Virus record (IMG/VR): IMGVR_UViG_3300042274_000720
Coordinates: 2,832-66,831 of that record
Direction: 5' to 3' (one strand)
Length of the DNA: 64,000 bases
Origin: a virus
Lineage: Duplodnaviria > Caudoviricetes
Shown: in pieces, positions 19,901 through 26,869 of the stretch
How the letters are laid out: each line of letters begins with the position of its first letter
Position numbering within the stretch: position 1 is the stretch's first letter
The notes under the pieces: model-generated
Database searches by the model: none
What the model saw: only the letters and a program-made list of their open reading frames with translations
What the model was told of the DNA's origin: nothing
Program-made: the position numbers and the translations under genes

Positions 19901-21159
19901 CGAAGGTCGTCAACGATCCCCACCAGGACGGACCCGTCCTCCATGAGGACTTTCAGGCCGTCGCCGCGTTCGCTGGCGAACGCGTCCGCCACGATGCCGG
20001 CGGCACCATTGACGGAGACCGGCGTGTTCACAGGCGGCAGGCCGTTCCGCCCCAGGATCGCGTCGGCCTTCTTGGTCGCGGCGGTGTCCGCCATGACCTT
20101 CTGCCCCTCGGCGATCAGGTCCGTCGGGATCGGACTCGCCTCGTCCTCGGGTGTAATCGGCGGCGGCGTGGTTGCGGCCTGCTCGCGCTCGCCCGGCGGG
20201 AGCGGGTCGACCTCGGGTTCGCCGTAGAGCATGGTGGCGGGAATGTCGCCTGGCGGCGCGGCCTGGTTGCGCGTGTCGGGAAGCGGCGCCGTCTTATCGC
20301 GCTGCGGGTCGTCGTTCTTGACGAAGGGATGCGTGGCCGTCGCCATGCCGGCGCCCATGCCGGCACCGATGACCATCGAGTAGCCGACCTTCTCGAGGGC
20401 TTCGCCGACGGTCACGTCCTCGCCAAGCTCACCCACGTCATAGGCCGTCTGCAACGCCTCGGTCGCGCCCTCCTGGAGCCCTTCAGCGACGGTGCCCTGG
20501 ATCACGCGCGACAACAGGCTCTTGCCGCCCTTCAGGATGATCCCGAGGGGTAGCATTTCGGTCGCGCCTTCGGCCATGGCGTAGGCCGTGGCGTCCTGCG
20601 CGGCCTCCTCCGGCGTGCGTCCCTGTTCACGGGATTCGGCGTAGCGGTCACCGAACACCTGAGCGCCGATCGTAGCTGCGCCAGCTGCCGGGGTCCGGGT
20701 GGCGATGGACGCGGCGACACCCGGAAACATCTGCGCGCCCGCAACACCCAAGTTGTAGGCGATACCTTTTCCCGACCACTTGTCGACGTTCGGCGCGTTC
20801 TCCTGGAGCGCCTGCCCCGCCTCCGCGCTCATACGCTCGCCGCTCGCGGCCAGTGCGCCACGCCGGCTCTGCTGCATGTCTTGTCGTTCGCGCGCAACGC
20901 GGCTGATCAACGGATTGGCGGCGTCCTCGGCCAGGCGCCGATCGCTCTCGGAGAACGGATCACCCGCCTCCCCCGCCGCCTGCATGACACCGCCAATCCC
21001 CCGCTTGAATGCCTGCGGGACGTTCTCGACCAGCTTGCCGCCAATATCACCCCACGAGGCTTCGAAGGGGTTTCCGTCGACCGGGGCGAGACTGGTTTTC
21101 GACTGCTTCTGCTCGTTGTCGTCGGCGAACGGGTTGTAGTCGACCGGGGCCAGCGCCAT
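10963..21159 (-). CDS. 3398-aa large polyvalent (DarB-like) protein: ParB-like domain, strawberry-notch-type SF2 helicase, N6-adenine MTase, HExxH peptidase-like domain
   Basis: FIVDGHQRL (ParB-like), TNGTGTGKT/PDESH/SATP/EEGRIYR (helicase), VLEPSAGHG and NPPFG (MTase), HEGWH. Confidence 0.85.
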   Translation of the reverse strand: MALAPVDYNPFADDNEQKQSKTSLAPVDGNPFEASWGDIGGKLVENVPQAFKRGIGGVMQAAGEAGDPFSESDRRLAEDAANPLISRVARERQDMQQSRRGALAASGERMSAEAGQALQENAPNVDKWSGKGIAYNLGVAGAQMFPGVAASIATRTPAAGAATIGAQVFGDRYAESREQGRTPEEAAQDATAYAMAEGATEMLPLGIILKGGKSLLSRVIQGTVAEGLQEGATEALQTAYDVGELGEDVTVGEALEKVGYSMVIGAGMGAGMATATHPFVKNDDPQRDKTAPLPDTRNQAAPPGDIPATMLYGEPEVDPLPPGEREQAATTPPPITPEDEASPIPTDLIAEGQKVMADTAATKKADAILGRNGLPPVNTPVSVNGAAGIVADAFASERGDGLKVLMEDGSVLVGIVDDLRARGVQIGAAPPPSAEGQDDRQQEAPRSQAPAAETTPPAPAAESVEPQPAEPLEPAGPRMTGEVPGADPQPEVAAEETPPAPADTALLDPDTIEVDAKRFQFKDGGDAEGVTEQLRGVKRWNPDYSGVAVVWEDTAGKRFIVDGHQRLGLAKRLKREGQNPAIRAVVLREADGVSADDAMFHGAMKNLAEGGESTKALDVARVFRNGGRPETIEDHIPPNRRAYQDGKALADLGDDAWGMVVNGAVPEQYAAEVGRRISDPKQQVAALGYLAKVSPRSASEARLLVGEIVSAGFAEGEQGSLFGAEAMAETLIAERAKVLDNATKNLRLMKSVFRTAVDNETLLASAGNVLDAQSNQRSMTENQRLAAVIEKLAQRKGPVSNALTEQARALKGGDVTVGEARKRFLETVRGLESFEAAADQREREGDPGFAGETRADQEVERDTATEDMFGAEAPVAPATRADRTADTIETADGPREQAVMPGAERRAKADVQAEKQRRDQDEASVRGAQSKMRRGGQQSARDQDGGLFSAERDQPDMFGTAQPAPGAPAKGENADRGRAAPAGAQDTEYGKSNKVFTEDAAAKARELLKRKLSGSQLNSGLDPEILQAGITLAGYHIEAGARKFSDYARAMVNDLGEEARPYLRSWYEGVRYYPGFDATGMTPAAEIDAAPEQETDYASGAPRGVEQDRGDAAPGDRVGAADVPAAGRSDGQGAGARVGRAEEGGQPGARRGGVSSTGAARVGERGDRGLREGGAERGRGAAERGGRGRGGDAGVDGLRTDRIRAEAVAATADDAHGLEDKRAAQEAAESIPVRPGDIDNIRETLPFLQPAQQEDVQKAEARLSQPDKHGFLFTNGTGTGKTYVGLGVIKRYAKQGRDNILIVAPSQDIVAEWIKSAKNLGLTITPLDSTTDAGKGVVVTTYANLGANRHLADREWDLVVPDESHSLMRAADGRATSALDTFRAITNHPGALNTRARYTHRDLVDKIEALSRDVEALATSDDDRQWREAETKRDKLHAMYRDLEAKVAAEAERLRSRPRSDVLFLSATPFSYVETIDYAEGYLFDYQAVDQAEAQRYNAGDGRARFFMQHFGYRMRTNRLTKPDASVNGEVLEREFHEMLKRDGALSGRALDVDADYERRFALVDDAIGNKVDEALKFLSEADDGKFRPLHDQVMEKFDYLSRMRLLEAIKAHHAVPRIKQHLALGRKVVVFHDYNEGGGFNPFDLSIAPGAKATVYRNGKQEDVNLHALYKEFLKRNPDVKGMSFSDMRAPIETLTKVFPDALVYNGKVPVKQRREAKRLFNEDGSGRDLIIIQSAAGEAGISLHDTTGQHQRVLLNLGMPVRPTTATQEEGRIYRVGQVSDAVFEYMNTGTAWERWTFAGKIAERAGTAENLAMGNRARALKQSFIDAFMDSDTFEPAPTDGKGGKERDRADNTAMSPFERAKTFYYAQQKKAGRRDQREGVDYFATPEPLGLKMVEWANVKFGEKVLEPSAGHGAIARFFPEGSVRTLVEPSENLSSRAALASPGARVVTDRFEALDVGANKFDAIVMNPPFGRGGKTAMEHVGKAARHLRNGGRIVALVPEGPTADKALERLLEQDAMKDVFMVADIKLPAVTFERAGTSVRAHVLVLEKQTDKDVVERIHSTTSDYSTAESIGEFFDRIEDASVPDRLEPATPDVDMPADGDVTIGGMEFTLTGTAAKPKKYLGRSEFGRLAKLAEQYGGAYLARSKLFTFDDAASRAAWLQAVAAGDAPRDAKSFDDGAVHGVAFDTAEAKHGKTGEDLFVASFKNRVPRETYAGVKATAEKHGGWYSAFKGRSAVPGFQFKSADARSAFLAEVGDGAVKLRATPEFDRMRPDVERAVRKAWKSMGLDPDKLILQDKVVYEGTAESVTRSGGAVTGKPISVAGMTDPLTGVAAIAMRGSDPMSTTYHEGWHSLRTGFGLTQGELTALRNDLPKLKEMARSLGLNIDINSLDQEEAEAYAFEAYQRGRAAGKGLSGAARRLFERIRRVLAKVRGALEGLGFKTVDDVATAEDVFARAARGQIRARERGMQARDRAVETALDAQQAVGSVRARLRIEDLPATPETVPHRQRTLVRAIMDGQPFEAAFRGAFQMIPVVGRVDAAGESVAGKAAMAKISRAVTEAKFEDGSALGNLVNPIIERARAGLIDRYGLSEEYKRRDLQRQDEERALLNKGMDFVKTLTEADVGLEESRVLQAMLTGERVAEGDLGKLAAPIRQAVDDMGAEAVRLGLVSPEAYQRNRGAYLHRVYAKHEMEKTETPLAGAITRMKNTARRRGIVGEALKGRGLFMDVEAAKLSDGDRAAADGALTPEVSVGRKFRVMDLMHDPEMDDLSGVEWQGERARKVKARVYLPADKPVPKRFEGHEDRGVWEVRATKKGGKVTLWRDFTKEERAQMGEILDARYTVAKTFHTMSRDLATARFYKDIAENEAWAQKDEPEGVKVSSLEATKLSTFAGVDWVKVPEAAIPNTGGKKRYGALAGMWVRAEVWRDLAELDRMHRDPGLWQAVLTQWKLNKTARSPVVHTNNVMSNLMFMDMADVRFTDLARAVRAVAKGDGYFEEAKGAGAFGSDMISQEVRQNVLGPLLDEIARQERKGDSQAAMVFTLGEMGRRMAQWAKKADNAMMNAYRMEDDVFRTALYIRRRGLGDTPEMAAAAAREQFLNYDIRAPWINAARRSVLPFISYTYRAVPVIAQSLAARPWKLAKYFTLAYMVNALGSLASGGDEEEERKGLRKEEEGWTWVGVPRMLRMPWNDEYDNPVFLDVRRWIPAGDVFDQGYNRSPLPLPTWLQPSGPIALVGEMILNRSAFTGENIYDPLVDDQGERMAKAGDYLWKAWMPSAPWVPGSWYFEKWQRAGIIPGGPEGPALDYLDRPYGKPEAILSSVGIKAKGVDVEAGIDWKEWDIEKAQRAIKTKMRSVERDYGRNRITPEEFDARMTELEEKMDRTNDKLNELFE
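17505..17870 (-). CDS. Nested +1-frame gene (121 aa) inside the giant ORF
   Basis: AGGAG 7 nt before ATG; nested frame carries the GC3 bias while the host frame becomes G/R-rich low complexity. Confidence 0.75.
   Translation of the reverse strand: MHQVPPEVWNRIAETQPLETEWAQQMFPLPGDLMDKALERESAELKKAGNPAHVVAAFHRLAPLVWESEAIAAFVREEPNAAGALPNVVDADEAVMLASMDSALTASEQKQLRQLLTTHTA
18582..18758 (-). CDS. Second nested +1-frame ORF (58 aa) inside the giant ORF
   Basis: AAGGGG before ATG; C-terminal half (RQRQISENVKAILALQAKLGPIKK) carries the GC3 bias. Confidence 0.45.
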   Translation of the reverse strand: MRSPNKPAPSRVETSPSAKPESGSSKPFAGLSPSRQRQISENVKAILALQAKLGPIKK

Positions 21160-21162
21160 TCT

Positions 21163-22071
21163 TTACTCCTCCACCACGCGGTAGAACTTGCCGTCCCGCT
21201 CGACGTACCAGTTTCCGTCAGGCGCCTTGCGCGCATCGGGATAATCCGCCGGCGGCTTCTTTCCACGCGCACCATCCTGGGGCCTCTCCGCTCCTTCCTG
21301 AGCAGAGGCGTCGCCGCCGGTGACGAGGTTGACGGCCTTGTCAAACCACCCCGCCTCGTCCTTCTTCTCCGGCGGCGGGGGCGGCGCGTCAGGGACCGAA
21401 ATGCCGGCCCGCTGCTGGGCCATGCGCCAGAGTTCCCCGTCATCGGTGCGACGCGACGACATATCAGCCTTCATGGACTTGTAGATGGACGACGCGATGC
21501 GCAGGCGGGCCGTCGGGTCCGCGCGGCCGGTGCGGATGAAGTCGATCGCTTCGTCCCGCGTCATGTCGCCGCTCTGCGTGAGGTATTCGATCATCCGCGC
21601 ATCGGCCGGAAGATCAGCCGTACCGCTCTCTGCCGCCGGCTTCAGCGGGTTCCCCTGAGCATCGGTGACCGGCACGGCCTTGTTGTCGGGGCCATAGGTG
21701 TAGAGGTTGCCGTCGTCGCCAACGACCGTTTCGCGGTTCGACAGCAGACCGCGCCGGGCCTCCCGCTCCTTCTCCGCTTCCGAAGACCGGAACGCGCGGT
21801 CGGCGGCGCTCTCGCCAGCACGAAAACCACGGTCCTTGCGCGCCTCGCCAGCCCGGAACGCCCGGTCCGCCGTGTTCTCGCCGACCGTGAATTGCTGCTG
21901 GTCGTCCTGCCGCGCCATGGCGTTGCCGTGCTCGATCCCGATCAGCTCCTTGCGCCGACCGTGCTCCAGTTCCGCCAGCCGCGCCTCACGCGCCGCCCGG
22001 CCGTTCTCGACCATGCCCGTGCCGAGGCCCTGCAGAAGGCCGCCGGCGACCTGTGCCCATTCCTTCGCCAT
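21163..22071 (-). CDS. Putative internal virion / ejection protein
   Basis: Position between tail genes and the giant protein; helical, charged. Confidence 0.5.
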   Translation of the reverse strand: MAKEWAQVAGGLLQGLGTGMVENGRAAREARLAELEHGRRKELIGIEHGNAMARQDDQQQFTVGENTADRAFRAGEARKDRGFRAGESAADRAFRSSEAEKEREARRGLLSNRETVVGDDGNLYTYGPDNKAVPVTDAQGNPLKPAAESGTADLPADARMIEYLTQSGDMTRDEAIDFIRTGRADPTARLRIASSIYKSMKADMSSRRTDDGELWRMAQQRAGISVPDAPPPPPEKKDEAGWFDKAVNLVTGGDASAQEGAERPQDGARGKKPPADYPDARKAPDGNWYVERDGKFYRVVEE

Positions 22072-22077
22072 GGTGCC

Positions 22078-22737
22078 TTACCCCCGCTTCCGTTCGTCAG
22101 CCTCGGCCGGGCGGCGCTGCTCGCCCTCGCCGCCTTCCCCGCCCTGGCGCTTGCGGGCGAAATGCTCCTTCAAGCCCGGCATGGCCTGATCCAGTTGCCC
22201 GGCGCGGTCGGCCTCCACCAGCCGGCGCATTTCCTCCTGATAGCGCCTCTGGTCGAGTTCGCCGTTCTCCTGCTTGTACTGGCGGAACTGGTCGACCGCG
22301 CGATAGAACGCGCCGTCGATCTCCTCCTGGCTGAACTGGTGGATGCCGGCCTTCTCCGCCGTCTGCGCGAGGTCGGCCACGATCTCGGCCATGGCTTCCA
22401 GGACAAGCTGGCGCCCAAGCTGCTGGCCGTTCTCCTGCGCGGACTTGTCCACGCGCGACATTGCCATGGCGACGATACCGGAAAGCGCCTCCTGCGGCGT
22501 GCTGGCGGCGACCGCCGCCTTCATGCGCTGGATCACCTGCGGGAAGGTCTTCTCGCTGTAGATGATGCGCAGGGCGTTGTCGATGGTCTGCTCATAGAGC
22601 GCCTGTTCCTGCGGCGACGCCTGCCCGCCGCCCTGCTGCTGCCCCTGCTGGGTCGCCGGGGCGCCGCCGCGCTCGGGCATGGGGGCGCCGTTGCCCTGCG
22701 CCGGCTCCCGGCGGGGCATGAGTCCACGTTTTTCCAT
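22078..22737 (-). CDS. Hypothetical virion-region protein
   Basis: Co-oriented ORF, helical, strong GC3. Confidence 0.6.
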   Translation of the reverse strand: MEKRGLMPRREPAQGNGAPMPERGGAPATQQGQQQGGGQASPQEQALYEQTIDNALRIIYSEKTFPQVIQRMKAAVAASTPQEALSGIVAMAMSRVDKSAQENGQQLGRQLVLEAMAEIVADLAQTAEKAGIHQFSQEEIDGAFYRAVDQFRQYKQENGELDQRRYQEEMRRLVEADRAGQLDQAMPGLKEHFARKRQGGEGGEGEQRRPAEADERKRG

Positions 22738-22750
22738 GATCTGTCCCTGT

Positions 22751-23890
22751 TCAGAAGGTGCCGCTCATCAGCCAGTCGGCGCTGAAGCGTTCATCAGGGT
22801 TGAAGTAGCCGGGGCGGTTGTCGACGTCCTCCTGGGTCAGGAGGCCGCGCAGCCCGTAGTTCTCCGGCGCCGCCGGGGTGTTGCCGCCCTGCCCGTACCC
22901 GGCCGGCGACGGGTTGGGCGCCGGGGAGCCCCCGGTCGCGGGCGCACCACCACCACCACCGTCACCGTCGCGGAAGGGATCGCCGCCGGAGAACGCGCTG
23001 ACAGCGTTCTTCGCCATGCCGCGCGCGGTGCGCCCCTTCTCCGCCGGGGTTCCGGTGCCCAGCATCCCGCCCAGCGCCTTGCCCGCCATGGCGCCCGGCA
23101 TCCCGGCGACCATCCCGCCGGCCAGGGCGCCCGCGTTGCGGAAGTCGCCCCGGCGAATGCCGTCGATCGCCCGATACCCCTTCATGGCAAGCCCGACCAT
23201 GGGTACGCCGCCGGCCAGGATGCCCGCGATCGCGTTGGGATCGGACTTCCGGGGATCGGCCGTCAGCCCCATCATACCGCCCACGGCCGCCAGCGAGCGG
23301 TCCACCGGGTTGTTGGAGTTCATCGGGTTGTCGAAGTCGTTGTAGGCGTTCGCCGCCTGCATTTCCTTGGTGCGCTTGGCGCCGCCCGTCAGCCCGTTGA
23401 TGCCGGTTGTCGAGTGGCTCTTGAGGCGGTCGATGGCGTTGAAGCCGTGGACGGGGTTGTTCGTCATGCCGGGATGACCGCGCCCGCCAGTCGCGCCGCC
23501 CAACTTGCCGCCCATCTGGCTCGTGTTGTTGACGCCGGCGCCGATGCTGGTGGACGGGCCGTTGCGGTTGGACGTGCCGCCCATGCCGGGGTGACCACCG
23601 CCGCCACCGTCACGGCCGCCGCCGCGGCCACCTCCCCCACCGCCGACAGAGCCGCCGCCGCTGCCGGCGCCGGGGCCATGACCGGGATCGGCGCCGGGCG
23701 GGAAGGCCGGAACCTCGTCGGGGCCGATGATCTGCTGGCCGTTCTCGTCAATGCCGCCGCCGCGCTCCCGGAGCACCGCCGCCTCGTCCTCGGTGATGTA
23801 GGCCAGGAAATGCGGCTGGCCCTTCACGCTGGCCTTGCGTGGCGCCTCGGCGGTGCCGCTCTTGATCGCGCTCAGAAGTCCCTTGGTCAT
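22751..23890 (-). CDS. Gly-rich putative internal virion protein
   Basis: HFLAYITEDEAAVLRERGG motif familiar from phage internal proteins; Gly-rich with hydrophobic segments. Confidence 0.55.
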   Translation of the reverse strand: MTKGLLSAIKSGTAEAPRKASVKGQPHFLAYITEDEAAVLRERGGGIDENGQQIIGPDEVPAFPPGADPGHGPGAGSGGGSVGGGGGGRGGGRDGGGGGHPGMGGTSNRNGPSTSIGAGVNNTSQMGGKLGGATGGRGHPGMTNNPVHGFNAIDRLKSHSTTGINGLTGGAKRTKEMQAANAYNDFDNPMNSNNPVDRSLAAVGGMMGLTADPRKSDPNAIAGILAGGVPMVGLAMKGYRAIDGIRRGDFRNAGALAGGMVAGMPGAMAGKALGGMLGTGTPAEKGRTARGMAKNAVSAFSGGDPFRDGDGGGGGAPATGGSPAPNPSPAGYGQGGNTPAAPENYGLRGLLTQEDVDNRPGYFNPDERFSADWLMSGTF

Positions 23891-23898
23891 GGTTCACC

Positions 23899-24873
23899 TC
23901 ACGCGACGGCCGGCTGGTTGGGCACGAACACCACGCGGCGCTGGCGGGGGTCGTAGACGTAGCGGCCGGGGCCGGTCGTGCCGTAAATCTGCCGGTCGTA
24001 GACCTCGCCCGGCGTTGGGCCCTGCGCGCCGGAGCCCGCGCCCGACCGGCTCAGGAGGCCGGTCATCCCGCCGCCACCACCGTAGTTGTCGGCGATCATC
24101 TGCTGCTTGGCGCGCATCTCCTCGATGTTCGCCCGCGCCCGCGCCTGGGCCTCGTCCTCCGGCGAGGTCGCCGAGGCCATCGCCAGCAGCCCGCCGCCGA
24201 GGCCCTTGGCCGCCTGCCCGACCAGTTCGCCGTTGCGCTCCAGCCAGCCGCCCTCGCCGAAGAACGCGGTCTTGGCGCCGCTTCCACCACCACCGCCGCC
24301 ACCGGACGCGCCGGAACCGCCGCCGAAGATGGAGCCGTGGTTGGTGGGGAGCGAACTGCTGGTGCCGTCCGCCGCGCTGGTGACCTGCAGGGCCTCGCTC
24401 GCCTTCGACAGCGGCGCATCCACCGCCGCGCCCTGCGACGCCGCCACCGGGACGGCCGCCGCTGCCTGCGACACGCTGGCCTGGATGCCCTCGGACGTGC
24501 TGGACTCCTCGCCGCCGAACGCGCCCTTGAGCGGGTCGGCCAAGTCCTGCCCGCCGATGCCGCCCATGACGCCGCCGGTGACCAAGCCACCCAGCGCGCC
24601 CATCCTGGCGCCGTCCATGAAGTCGCCGCCCATCACCATCGAGGCCACGCCGCCCAGCGCCGCACCGTAGCCGGCCTGGGTGATCGCGCCCGTGATGACG
24701 TCGCCCACGATCCCGTCCAGCCCCACGCTCTCGGTGATGCCGGAAACGATGTCGCCCCAGCCGCCCGTCGAACCGCCGAACGCTGCCCCGGCCGTGAACA
24801 CGACGGCGCCGGCGGAGAGAGCCACCGGCGCGACGTCCTTCACGGTGTCGAGGACTTTGCTGAAAAAGCCCAT
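23899..24873 (-). CDS. Gly/Ala-rich putative ejection (DNA transfer) protein
   Basis: MGFFSKVLDTVKDVAPVAL..., GxxxG hydrophobic helices. Confidence 0.55.
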   Translation of the reverse strand: MGFFSKVLDTVKDVAPVALSAGAVVFTAGAAFGGSTGGWGDIVSGITESVGLDGIVGDVITGAITQAGYGAALGGVASMVMGGDFMDGARMGALGGLVTGGVMGGIGGQDLADPLKGAFGGEESSTSEGIQASVSQAAAAVPVAASQGAAVDAPLSKASEALQVTSAADGTSSSLPTNHGSIFGGGSGASGGGGGGGSGAKTAFFGEGGWLERNGELVGQAAKGLGGGLLAMASATSPEDEAQARARANIEEMRAKQQMIADNYGGGGGMTGLLSRSGAGSGAQGPTPGEVYDRQIYGTTGPGRYVYDPRQRRVVFVPNQPAVA

Positions 24874-24886
24874 GATTCCCTCCTCC

Positions 24887-25549
24887 TCAGTACGTCGGCT
24901 TGGGCGTGACGTCGAAGTTCTGCTTCAGGTCCGGGTTGCCGGTGGACGGCCACTCCAGGTCGATGTTGTACATCTGCTCCACGAAGTTCAGGTTCGCATC
25001 GCGCAGGGCGCCGATGTGCTCGTTCAGCTGGTTGCGCGCCTTGACCGGGATCGCCGAGTTGTTGGCGATGTTGCTGAACATATCGGCGTAGCCGCGCTCC
25101 ATGGACGCGATCATGGAGGCCGCATCCTTGCGCTCGGTGGCCGCAACCGACATGGCGGCGATCTTTTCCCTGCTCGCATTGTCCAGCTTGAGTCGATCCA
25201 TCTGCGCGGACAGTTCGGTGTCCAGCAGGCCGCGCTGCAGTTTGTAGTCGTGCTCGGAGGCGTCCTTGCGCTGCGTGTGCTCCTGGGCCGACAGGCGACT
25301 GGTCTGCCCGAAGTTCTGGTGCGAAAAATTCTTCTGGAAGGTCTGGCTGGCGTCCTGGCTGGCGATCGGCAGGGCGACGTCATAGGCCGCGTTCTCCGCC
25401 GCGCCGACGGCCATGGAGGAGTTCAGCAAGCCGCGCCGGTTCGCCTGCTGAAGGCCCTGCGTGCGGGCCTTCTTCATCAGCGGCGAGTTCTGGCTGGTGA
25501 TCTTGGTCACGCCGTCGGCGACCGAATCGTTTCCGTATGCCCCGTACAT
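24887..25549 (-). CDS. Hypothetical virion-region protein
   Basis: Co-oriented ORF, Q/A-rich helical. Confidence 0.6.
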   Translation of the reverse strand: MYGAYGNDSVADGVTKITSQNSPLMKKARTQGLQQANRRGLLNSSMAVGAAENAAYDVALPIASQDASQTFQKNFSHQNFGQTSRLSAQEHTQRKDASEHDYKLQRGLLDTELSAQMDRLKLDNASREKIAAMSVAATERKDAASMIASMERGYADMFSNIANNSAIPVKARNQLNEHIGALRDANLNFVEQMYNIDLEWPSTGNPDLKQNFDVTPKPTY

Positions 25550-25562
25550 GGTCGGTACTCCC

Positions 25563-25865
25563 TTACTTGCTCTGCCCGGTCACCCGGTTGGCGATCCACT
25601 TGGCGCCCTGCTTCTCGATCAGCAGCAGCGCCGGGTGGCAGACGAAGCCGGCCACCAGCAGCATCCCGTCACGATAGGCCATGTCCGGCTCCAGGAACTC
25701 GCCCACGGTCACGCCCAGCCAGAAGCCGGCCAGGACGTTGATGAAGAACACACCCCAGCGGAGCGCGTAGCCCTTCTGCGTGTGGGCCCACAGGTAGTTG
25801 ACGAGGGCGCCGAAGCCGCCCAGCAGGCCCGCCATAGCCATTTCCGTGAAGCGAAATTCGGGCAC
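25563..25865 (-). CDS. Small 3-TM protein, possible LydA-like holin
   Basis: GTG start with AGGAGG RBS; three hydrophobic segments. Confidence 0.5.
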   Translation of the reverse strand: MPEFRFTEMAMAGLLGGFGALVNYLWAHTQKGYALRWGVFFINVLAGFWLGVTVGEFLEPDMAYRDGMLLVAGFVCHPALLLIEKQGAKWIANRVTGQSK

Positions 25866-26197
25866 TATTCCTCCTCCGACCGCTGCACAGGACAGCCGAC
25901 TTCTTCGCAGTGGACCGCGTGGATGTAGTAGAGGGTGAGCCCGTACACCGCGGCGTTGACGAAATCGAAGATCGACCACAGCACGTCGCTCACGGGATGC
26001 AGGGTGCTCCCCCAGGCCGACACGATCCAGTCCACCTCCAGGCCGGCGAACAGCGCCGACGAAATGGCGATCGCCAGGGACACGGCTGCGCCCCGATGGC
26101 GCCCGCGCTGGCGCAGGCGGAAGGTGGCGACGAGCGCCCACACGGCGATGATCGCGTGCGCCCCGGTGGCGACGACGTAAAGGGCTGATTGTGGCAT
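25865..26197 (-). CDS. Small 3-TM membrane protein
   Basis: Three hydrophobic helices; stop overlaps the next start. Confidence 0.55.
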   Translation of the reverse strand: MPQSALYVVATGAHAIIAVWALVATFRLRQRGRHRGAAVSLAIAISSALFAGLEVDWIVSAWGSTLHPVSDVLWSIFDFVNAAVYGLTLYYIHAVHCEEVGCPVQRSEEE

Positions 26198-26203
26198 GGT
26201 GCG

Positions 26204-26869
26204 TCAGTCCGGCCAGCCGGTCGACGTGTCGTAGGCCACCACCTCGTCCACGGTGGTCAGCGCCATGATGGCCTGCTCGTGCGCTCGGAACGCTTCCCAC
26301 GCCGCCGCGCCCTGGAGGCCCTTGGTGTAGACCATGTTCTGAATGTCGTCGGTGCCCAGCGGCGGTGTGTACGTGTCGTCGGCCGTCCGCCACGGCTGCT
26401 TGGCATCTGTCGTCGGTGTGCCCTGCATCTCCATCTCGGCCAGGAGGTCGCGCACCTTGAGCATCCGGGCGATCGACCGTTCGTCGCCGTCGAGGGTGTA
26501 GGTCACGCCATCCACCGGGCAGGCCCAGGTGAACGAGGCTTCCAGTTCGATGCGGTCGCGGGTCGCCTTGGCGTCGCTGATCCGGGTGAGCTTCGCGTTG
26601 CTCAAGGCTTCAACGGCGACATCGGCATCCTTCGCGACGCGCGCATCAACAGCGGCTTGATCTGCGACGGACCATGCATTGTCCCAAGCATACGCACCGT
26701 AAACCCACGGCTCCGGTAGCGGGCCGACGCTCACCACGTCATGCGTCTCCGTCGAGACGTCCAAGACACGCTTTGGAGACGTGAGGCCGGATGTGGTCAG
26801 GGTGACGTCGGAACCATCATCGAATAGGTGCTGGATGATATTGTCAGCCTTCCGGCGGATGGCGAGCAT
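26204..26869 (-). CDS. DUF4376-like tail fibre-associated protein
   Basis: AKATRDRIE...WRTADDT...AIMALTTVDEVVAYD..GW pattern; follows the tail fibre. Confidence 0.65.
   Translation of the reverse strand: MLAIRRKADNIIQHLFDDGSDVTLTTSGLTSPKRVLDVSTETHDVVSVGPLPEPWVYGAYAWDNAWSVADQAAVDARVAKDADVAVEALSNAKLTRISDAKATRDRIELEASFTWACPVDGVTYTLDGDERSIARMLKVRDLLAEMEMQGTPTTDAKQPWRTADDTYTPPLGTDDIQNMVYTKGLQGAAAWEAFRAHEQAIMALTTVDEVVAYDTSTGWPD

Noticed and set aside
14965-20553. Long plus-strand ORFs (847 aa, 833 aa) opposite the giant gene
   Set aside because: Antisense shadows typical of high-GC3 genes; no motifs, no RBS
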